The notes beneath the pieces were generated by a model, which saw nothing but the letters and a program-made list of their open reading frames with translations, made no database searches and was not told where the DNA came from. A DNA stretch of 64,000 nucleotides from an uncultured bacterium (GTDB lineage Bacteria; Chloroflexota; Dehalococcoidia; Lucifugimonadales; UBA3495), in the NCBI GenBank assembly GCA_963997925.1, contig CAXEOX010000004.1, forward strand, positions 1,097-65,096, read 5' to 3'. The translations under genes and the position numbers were made by a program. Below are positions 57,584 through 64,000 of the stretch, in pieces. The stretch's first letter is position 1. Each line of letters begins with the position of its first letter.

Positions 57584-58438
57584 TTAATCTTCGTCTCTGC
57601 TGACCGTGACCGGTTCCAGTAGCAATTCTCTCCAGTCTTGCCAGGAAGCCGGATCTACCTCCGGAAAAGTATCTGTTTGGTATTCTGCTTGCCGGGAGAG
57701 ACAGATAGCAACTGGACAACGGAAGCAAGCAGGGGCTTTGGTGCAGACTGTTTGGGCGTGGAGCCGGATAATCTCGTGTAGGTCGACCATGGCCAAACCT
57801 CGTTGGTCCATCCAGGGACGGTGACTGAGGTACAAGCTCTTCAGCGACGCTCTGAGAAGTTGGACGGGAACCCCGGCGGCAATTCCGGAAACCCGTTCAA
57901 CCAACCGGCAGGCATTGCCGTCCAGGGGTAGAGCCTCGCCTCCCCAGCCGTAGGCTATTACACATCCGGCTATCTTTTCTCCCACACCCTTGATTTGCTT
58001 CAATCCATCTCTGTCTCGCGGTACCACCCCTTCATGGTCCCTGATTACTTGAGCCGCTGACTCTATAAATGGCTTCTGGCCCACACGGACGATGCGGTCC
58101 AAGTCTCCGTCGGCCCAACCCTGCAACAAGCGCTCGGAAGTTGGAAATCTCCGGAAGAAGTCATGGCACATCCGCACCAAAAGCCGGTCCTTGGTTCGGG
58201 CGCTGAGCCCGAATAGAATCAGCGTCCTATAGGGACTCCTGCGAACTCCTTGTTCTCTCCAAATTCGGGACTCCCAGGGGAACCCGCGGTATAGCTCGTC
58301 CAAGCGGTCGAGCATCGACAAGATAGCGGCATCGTCGATCGGATTTATCCCGCCCTTGTTGTTGACCCCAGTTACCCTAATTCCTTCCCCAGTCTTCATG
58401 ACGGCTGGAAGTGTAGCCCAGGGAACTAAGCCAGTCAA
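57584..58438 (-). CDS. HhH-GPD superfamily DNA glycosylase (endonuclease III-like) with an Fe-S cluster loop
   Basis: HhH motif LKQIKGVGEKIAGCV plus C-x6-C-x2-C-x5-C (CTKAPACFRCPVAIC). Confidence 0.65.
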   Translation of the reverse strand: MTGLVPWATLPAVMKTGEGIRVTGVNNKGGINPIDDAAILSMLDRLDELYRGFPWESRIWREQGVRRSPYRTLILFGLSARTKDRLLVRMCHDFFRRFPTSERLLQGWADGDLDRIVRVGQKPFIESAAQVIRDHEGVVPRDRDGLKQIKGVGEKIAGCVIAYGWGGEALPLDGNACRLVERVSGIAAGVPVQLLRASLKSLYLSHRPWMDQRGLAMVDLHEIIRLHAQTVCTKAPACFRCPVAICLSRQAEYQTDTFPEVDPASWQDWRELLLEPVTVSRDED

Positions 58439-58640
58439 TCGAAGGCCAAGCCTATTTTTTCCAAGTTAGGCCTTTCCCAAAGCACGGACACATGGCGGCG
58501 ATTTGAGTCTACGTTACTGCAATAGTTGCAAAGGATGGTGTAGAACGGGATAATCCTTGAGACTCGCCAACCGGTGCCTGTTCACGCCGGACGGAGCCGG
58601 ATGGCAAACCCCTTAACTCAAACAATCAGGAGAGATTTCG

Positions 58641-59396
58641 ATGAGAATCGCCAGGTATCTCGCTCACGGTCAGATCAGCTACGGGGTCATCGATGGAGAC
58701 GACGTTAAACAACTCACCACCACACCCTTCGAGCCCCACGAAGTAACCGACCATATCCATCCCCTGTCCGACGTCAAACTACTGGCGCCCTGCGTACCGG
58801 GCAAGATTCTGGCCATCGGCCTCAACTATTCCAGCCACTTGCATGACCGGCCAAGCCCGACAGTGCCGATGGTCTTCTACAAGACAACCACTTCTCTCAT
58901 CGGGCCGGGAGACACCATCATCCGGCCCAAGGGCACCAATAAACTGGACGCGGAAGCCGAATTGGTCGTCATCATTAAGGACAAATGCCGCAACGTTTCC
59001 AAGGCGGACGCCCTGCAGCACGTCCTGGGTTACACCTGCGGCAACGATGTCAGCGCCCGGGACTGGCAGGAGGAAGACCGCAACTGGTGGCGCGCCAAGT
59101 CAACGGATACCTTCTCCCCCGCCGGTCCATGGATCGAGACCGAACTGGACCCCCGCAACATCCGGGTCACCGGCCGCATCAACGGCCAGGACGTTCAGAG
59201 CGAAAGCACCAGTTACCTGATATTCGACATTCCCACCCTGGTGTCCTTCCTCTCGGAGTACATCACGCTGGAAGCCGGAGATATGATTTACACCGGAACG
59301 CCGGGCACACCCGGGGAGATGAAAGACGGCGACGTTTGCGAGATTGATATCGAAGGTATCGGAGTGCTCAGCAATCCCGTGAAGCTGGAAGCGTAA
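58641..59396 (+). CDS. Fumarylacetoacetate hydrolase-family protein
   Basis: KILAIGLNYSSH..., E.ELVVII and GTPGTPGEM, typical of the FAH fold. AGGAGA RBS. Confidence 0.8.
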   Translation: MRIARYLAHGQISYGVIDGDDVKQLTTTPFEPHEVTDHIHPLSDVKLLAPCVPGKILAIGLNYSSHLHDRPSPTVPMVFYKTTTSLIGPGDTIIRPKGTNKLDAEAELVVIIKDKCRNVSKADALQHVLGYTCGNDVSARDWQEEDRNWWRAKSTDTFSPAGPWIETELDPRNIRVTGRINGQDVQSESTSYLIFDIPTLVSFLSEYITLEAGDMIYTGTPGTPGEMKDGDVCEIDIEGIGVLSNPVKLEA

Positions 59397-59438
59397 ACGG
59401 CGTTAGTCTCGATCGGCACTGCGTTTGGTGCGTACGGC

Positions 59439-59523
59439 ACACCCCCTCTCTAACTCGCCCCCATAACGGGGGCGAAGACAAAATCCCTTCCCCCTTTATG
59501 GGGGAAGGTTAGGATGGGGGTGT
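59439..59523. repeat. Composite nested hairpin element / bidirectional terminator between convergent genes
   Basis: The outer stem ACACCCCC/GGGGGTGT encloses two hairpins: CGCCCCC-ATAAC-GGGGGCG (59456-59474) and CCTTCCCCC-TTTAT-GGGGGAAGG (59486-59508). Confidence 0.65.
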
Positions 59524-59558
59524 TGTGCTTTCAGCAACCGCGTTTCTTGGACCGGAAA

Positions 59559-60392
59559 CTAATCCAAACCCACCTTGCGCAGGATAAAAGCATCCGAGGC
59601 CATTATCTCGGGTATACGTGGCGCTAGATTTTCAAAATCGTCGGCTACGGCGTTGATTAGCCGCCCGCTGAGCTTGCCGGAGTCGTCACTGGCTAGGAAC
59701 ACGGCTAGCTCGGCGGCCCGGTCGATGGACGCGCCGCCTCCGCTGGTTACCCGTTTCCCCAACTCAAAAAGGTCTTGGTCACCGACCCGCTCCGCACCGT
59801 CCCGCAACTCCACCCACATCTGGGTATCGATGGAGCCCGGACCCAGAGAGTTGACCTGCACGTTTTTGCCGTCCAGTTCCAGCCAGATGTTTTCAGTCAA
59901 ACGAACGACCGCCACTTTGCTGGTGCAATAAGCGGTGGTGTTACGCCAGGCCGCCGTCGCTCCGGCCCCGGCCAGATTGACTATCTTGCCCCGGTCCTGG
60001 GCAATCATCACCGGCAGCACTGCCCGGCAACACAGGAAGGTCCCCACCACGTTCACCTGGATGGTGTTGATCCACTCAGCGACGTCGTTGTCCTGAAGCA
60101 ACCCTACCGGCCCCCCGATGCCTGCGTTATTCACCAGGATATCTATTGTCGTGAACCGGTCCAAAGTCTGACGAACCATCTCATCGACCTCAGCCTGGTT
60201 GGTTACATCCGTCGGCACGACATGAGTCGCCGCTCCCAACGCCCGGGCCATTCGGGCCGTCTCTTCCAATTCGCCGCCGCTCCGAGCTGCCAGGGTCATG
60301 CTAGCGCTTTCCCGGGCATACGCCAGGGCAATGGCCCGTCCGATTCCTCGCCCTGCTCCAGTAATTATCGCAACCCGGTCTTTTAGACGCAT
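59559..60392 (-). CDS. SDR-family oxidoreductase
   Basis: TGAGRGIGRAIA, NNAG and YCTSK. Confidence 0.8.
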   Translation of the reverse strand: MRLKDRVAIITGAGRGIGRAIALAYARESASMTLAARSGGELEETARMARALGAATHVVPTDVTNQAEVDEMVRQTLDRFTTIDILVNNAGIGGPVGLLQDNDVAEWINTIQVNVVGTFLCCRAVLPVMIAQDRGKIVNLAGAGATAAWRNTTAYCTSKVAVVRLTENIWLELDGKNVQVNSLGPGSIDTQMWVELRDGAERVGDQDLFELGKRVTSGGGASIDRAAELAVFLASDDSGKLSGRLINAVADDFENLAPRIPEIMASDAFILRKVGLD

Positions 60393-60461
60393 ATCAAAGC
60401 TCCTCTGCTCTTCAGCTTCCCAGAACCCGAGACATGGAGTACCGGAACCTAATATAGGTAT

Positions 60462-61601
60462 TTACTGGGGATTCCGCCAGGGGTAAACCATCGGCGACTG
60501 TCCTTGCCCTATGACCACCTTCCGGCCTTGCTGCCACTGTACGAGAACCGTAGAGCGTCCGATCTGACAACCGGTGTCCGGGTCGATCTTGAACCGCCCG
60601 TAGAACGTCGAGAAATCAAGGCGTCCGGCCACCTCCCGCAGCACCGCGTCTTCCAACGTCCCAGCATCCTCCGCGCAACGCTGAGCCACCAATCCGGCGG
60701 CATATGCCTGAACCATCGGATAATCGACAGCTTGATGCCCCTTACTCTGTAACGACGCCATAACCGCTGCCCCAGTGGGACCATAATCGGTAGGATAGCT
60801 TCCGGTTTCCTCCCACTGGCTAGGCCCAACGAAACCGTCGGCGGCGTCGCCCAGTTGATCCCTGAACTGCTGGATGGGGGTGGCCACTACCGCCACGCTT
60901 TTCAGCCCAAGTCCCCGCCGCGACAATTGGCTGGCAAGCAACAAATCGTTTTGGATTCGGCCCACACCCAGAAGCAGATCAGGCCTCGCTTGTTCCACTT
61001 CATCGAGTAGGTCGCTGAAATCGTCTATCGCCGCATCGAATTCCCTTAACAGTTTGATTTTGAACCCCAGTTGGGCGGCCTGACTTTCAACACCAGAGGT
61101 GACTGACTTGGGGAATGTTCCGGTACTGGCCCGCAGAATCGCCAAGGAACCGGCGTTGGAATCGGCATCCCGAACCGATGGTAGCCATTCTTCCAGGTAG
61201 CGGCTGGCGGGGGTGAGGATTCCAACTACCCAATTGAAACCCTTTTCGTATATCATGTCGGCTGCCCCGCCCTGGTTCCACAACAGCCTGCCGTGGGCCT
61301 CCGCTACCTGGGCGGCGGCAAGAGCTAGAACACCGGAATAGGGGCCGAACAGAAGGTCTACGCGGTCGCTGGTGATGAGCCGTTCGGTGGTCTGGCCTGC
61401 CTGAGCAGTCTTGCTGGCATCGTCATAATAAATGACCGAGACGGGCCGTCCTGCATCGGAGTGTCCAACTTTGACACCCCCGGACCGATTAACGTCCTCG
61501 GCCCAAGCCTGTAGTCCCGCCAGAGCCTGGCCGCCTTGCACTTGGAACTGGCCAGAGAGGGACACAGGTATCCCAACCTTTAGGGTATTGGAGCCTAACA
61601 T
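60462..61601 (-). CDS. LivJ-like (Leu/Ile/Val-type, family 6) solute-binding protein lacking a signal peptide; orphan
   Basis: LKVGIPVSLSGQF...G..AWAEDVN.SGGV, typical of branched-chain amino-acid binders. An in-frame TGA lies 5 codons upstream of the ATG. No permease or ATPase genes are adjacent. Confidence 0.65.
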   Translation of the reverse strand: MLGSNTLKVGIPVSLSGQFQVQGGQALAGLQAWAEDVNRSGGVKVGHSDAGRPVSVIYYDDASKTAQAGQTTERLITSDRVDLLFGPYSGVLALAAAQVAEAHGRLLWNQGGAADMIYEKGFNWVVGILTPASRYLEEWLPSVRDADSNAGSLAILRASTGTFPKSVTSGVESQAAQLGFKIKLLREFDAAIDDFSDLLDEVEQARPDLLLGVGRIQNDLLLASQLSRRGLGLKSVAVVATPIQQFRDQLGDAADGFVGPSQWEETGSYPTDYGPTGAAVMASLQSKGHQAVDYPMVQAYAAGLVAQRCAEDAGTLEDAVLREVAGRLDFSTFYGRFKIDPDTGCQIGRSTVLVQWQQGRKVVIGQGQSPMVYPWRNPQ

Positions 61602-61652
61602 TCTAATGCTGCGTCAATTTGATCGAGGCACACTACCCGGCCGTCACATACT

Positions 61653-61744
61653 GTCATTCCGAGGAGCGCAGAGACGAGGAATCTGGGGAGTGCGACTGCT
61701 CCGATTCACAGATTCCTCTCCTTCCGCCAAAGGATCGGAATGAC
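61653..61744. repeat. 92-bp palindromic element (GTCATTCCGA...GAGGAATCTG / CAGATTCCTC...TCGGAATGAC)
   Basis: Two perfect 10-bp arm pairs, with imperfect pairing between them. It lies in the 231-bp gap upstream of the binding-protein gene. Confidence 0.7.
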
Positions 61745-61832
61745 ATGATGAACGTCTCTCGGGCCATTACTGTCCGCCACATTGGAAGGCTAATATCGAA
61801 CACAATGAACAGAGTTATTGGAGGCCAAGACC

Positions 61833-63044
61833 CTAAGTTTTAGGCCGGAAGATGCCGAAGGAACTGGTGTAGCCATGGAGAAAGGTGGTGCCGCTTACCG
61901 GGCCGATCTCCCCGTTGCAGAAGAAGCCGCCCAGGGGCACTTGTCCCAATTTGTCGTGGAATATCCCGGAATCGTGGTTGGGCTTTCCGTACAGATACTC
62001 CCCCCGGCCCAGGCAGGAGAAGAGCAGCGCGCCATGGATCTGATTCTCCCGGTTGTCGATGGCGTACCGGTCCAGCACTGCGGTCAGGTCGTCGCTGGAG
62101 GTTTCAGCATCGCGCAGATGGAACTGGACGATCTGTCCTTCTTTCAATATCTCGCCGACTGCCAGGTTCCCGGTGCGCTCATCCATCCCCACAACGTTGC
62201 GAATCAGGAAATCGCCTTGCTTGGGTTCGTCCAGGAACTCGTCCATCACCACGCCGAGGAAAAGCGAGTTGCGCATAAGCCCTCGGTCCCGTTCACCGGA
62301 GCTCTCAAACAGCTCTCTAAGCACCGTCAGCGGCGTTTCCTCGTCCAACCCAACTAGGATGTTGCTGCGGCTCTCGGTTATCCGCATAGGGTGTCCAACG
62401 GGGCGGCAGCCCTGGGCCACCACGGTATCAACAGTGATATTCCCATGCAATGCGATGCCCACCGCTCCGCCATGAAAGGTCTCATCGCCCAAGAACAGCG
62501 CGTTTCCGCCCTGCTGCTGAGCGCCGCTGGCCAGTCCACCAATCTTGGCCGCCCGGCCGAAGGCAAAGTCCAAGCCCAGTATCAGGTTCTGTACCGGGAA
62601 GGAATATGGGTCCGCCAGTACGACGAATTGCGGGTCCTGGCTGTCGGTCACTTTAACCAGTTCTTCCCAGGAGGTTGGACCAGCGTCCAGGTCGGGAAGG
62701 CTATCGCTGTCCAGATGGAATTCAACAATCTCTACGTCGGGCAACACCGCGGCGGTGATAGACAACCCGGCCCGTTGCTCAACCTCTTCCCCATTTCCGA
62801 TGATTCCGCCACCGGAGCAACCGAACACCCGGGCCAAAGGCAGTTTCTGCTTGACCAAGGGCACGATGTCATCATATCCAGCCTGGTGATGGGGTGACAC
62901 AAAGATGACCGCCAGGTTGGGCTTTTCATCTCCCAGTTGACCTTGAATGCCGGCGATGCACTCACCGATTGCGTCTTCCAAACCGCTTTGTTCCGAGATT
63001 GCCGAAGCCCACTTCATGCGGAATACCTCCCCTGGCCGGATCAA
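61833..63044 (-). CDS. FIST-domain (FIST_N/FIST_C) sensory protein
   Basis: 403 aa. The overall pattern (WASAIS...PNLAVIFVSPHH...GGFFCNGEIGP) matches my recollection of FIST proteins. Confidence 0.55.
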   Translation of the reverse strand: MIRPGEVFRMKWASAISEQSGLEDAIGECIAGIQGQLGDEKPNLAVIFVSPHHQAGYDDIVPLVKQKLPLARVFGCSGGGIIGNGEEVEQRAGLSITAAVLPDVEIVEFHLDSDSLPDLDAGPTSWEELVKVTDSQDPQFVVLADPYSFPVQNLILGLDFAFGRAAKIGGLASGAQQQGGNALFLGDETFHGGAVGIALHGNITVDTVVAQGCRPVGHPMRITESRSNILVGLDEETPLTVLRELFESSGERDRGLMRNSLFLGVVMDEFLDEPKQGDFLIRNVVGMDERTGNLAVGEILKEGQIVQFHLRDAETSSDDLTAVLDRYAIDNRENQIHGALLFSCLGRGEYLYGKPNHDSGIFHDKLGQVPLGGFFCNGEIGPVSGTTFLHGYTSSFGIFRPKT

Positions 63045-63129
63045 GATACGGGGTTAAGTATACCAAGGGCCGAAGACGTTGGCAGCACTGCAATCCTAGT
63101 TGGCAGCACTACAGTTGCTGATTGGAGCG

Positions 63130-63477
63130 CTAGAGGCCTTGATCGAAGGGGTTGGGCAATCGCAGTAGAGAAACAGCCAGCCGGACCGTGTCTCTCAATA
63201 GGTCAGGGTTCACTTCTTCCAGTATGTCGTGCGCCGAGTGAATCAGCGAAACGTTCGGAGCGGTGAACATCAGCACTGGGATGCCTGCACGTCGAAAACT
63301 GGCGTGGTCGCTACTGCTGCCGGGCTGGTTTCTGCCCAGTGTCACGATGATCCCGTCTCTTTGTGCCAAATCAGCCGCACGGTCGAGCAAAGCGCCATCA
63401 CCCAGTATCTCGACATTTTCGCCGCTGCCAAGGGCGTCGAAGTTCAGCATGGCAATGATTTCCTGCCGTCCCTCCAC
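63130..63477 (-). pseudogene. C-terminal fragment of an M28-family metallopeptidase
   Basis: It contains AMLNFDALGSG and SDHASF..AGIPVLMF (the distal Asp and His ligand regions). In-frame stops lie directly upstream. Only about 160 nt remain before the next gene, so the N-terminal catalytic half cannot be encoded intact. Confidence 0.6.
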
Positions 63478-63640
63478 CCCACCAGTATCCCCGGACTGAT
63501 GGACCCACCAGGGTACCCGTCGTCAGAGTTCCTAATCAAATCGTGCGGTGCCACGGAGATTGCTATCGCCGCCTGAAAGATTTCTTGCTGGTATGATGGA
63601 CTGATTACGGCCATTGAATATAGAAATAAGGAGTGCTCCC

Positions 63641-64000
63641 ATGGATGTCGGAATGATGATGATCTTCTCGAGTTACGGCTGGGAGGAAGGGTCAGACGGC
63701 CAGATGTGGGAAGAAGAACTACGCCTCGGGGAGATCGCCGCCGATGCGGGGTTCGATTGCCTCTGGTCAGCAGAACATCATTTCAACGACTATTCCTTCG
63801 TTCCGGACAATATCCATTTGATGACCCACCTTGCAGCAAAGTATCAGGATATCTATGTGGGAACTGCCGCCGTAATCCTTCCATGGCATGACCCACTACG
63901 TGTCGCGGAAAATGCTGCCGTTCTTGATTTATTAAGTAATGGTCGGCTCCGGCTCGGGTTCGGGCGTGGTCTTGCTCGGCGTGAATTCGAGGCCTTCGGC
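63641..64000 (+). CDS. Luciferase-like (LLM class) flavin-dependent oxidoreductase; 3' end lies outside the window
   Basis: AAGGAG RBS. FDCLWSAEHHF...FGRGLARREFEAF is typical of LLM family N-termini. The frame is open to the window end. Confidence 0.75.
   Translation, partial: MDVGMMMIFSSYGWEEGSDGQMWEEELRLGEIAADAGFDCLWSAEHHFNDYSFVPDNIHLMTHLAAKYQDIYVGTAAVILPWHDPLRVAENAAVLDLLSNGRLRLGFGRGLARREFEAFG

Overview
This is a gene-dense chromosomal 64-kb segment with about 65 protein genes on both strands. Many genes overlap by 1-11 nt and GTG/TTG starts are frequent. I found no rRNA, tRNA, CRISPR array, transposase or prophage. Gene order, left to right: Fur/Zur-like regulator plus a ZnuABC-type metal importer; SDR; gatC-gatA; asnS; a truncated N6-adenine-methyltransferase-like ORF; a split TPP decarboxylase (ComD/ComE-like) plus a third ComE paralogue with a degenerate cofactor motif; a DtxR-family regulator with an Fe(III)-type ABC importer; nitroreductase, cupin and lipoprotein; a second Fur-family regulator plus a His-rich NicO-like transporter; GlpT-like MFS; DegV plus a P-loop kinase; yggT-proC; pdxA; class II RNR nrdJ with nrdR; a compact rsmH-ftsA-ftsZ; tig-clpP-clpX; a PurN-like formyltransferase; xseAB; aroQ-pepP-efp; dprA-topA-xerC; a 2-oxoacid:ferredoxin oxidoreductase; an ECF sigma and zf-HC2 anti-sigma; ccmABCDE; a NarL-type response regulator; SDRs, an Nth-like glycosylase, an FAH hydrolase, an orphan LivJ-like binding protein, a FIST protein, an M28 peptidase remnant, and an LLM oxidoreductase that runs off the window. 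The gene content is compatible with a Chloroflexota/Dehalococcoidia-like (SAR202-type) organism, but that is inference only. I did not recognise a complete novel multi-gene system such as a defence island or biosynthetic cluster. The items most worth a second look are: (1) dprA and the ECF sigma factor are each interrupted by one in-frame TAG and are otherwise intact; (2) ComD/ComE is followed by a cofactor-motif-dead paralogue; (3) CcmE carries CxxxY in place of HxxxY; (4) the EF-P tip loop reads KMQQRAP; (5) DegV is translationally coupled to a P-loop kinase rather than a FakA-type partner; (6) rsmH-ftsA-ftsZ has no mur/fts genes in between; (7) nrdJ has candidate tandem NrdR boxes and a structured 3' region; (8) several families of nested or palindromic intergenic hairpins are present.
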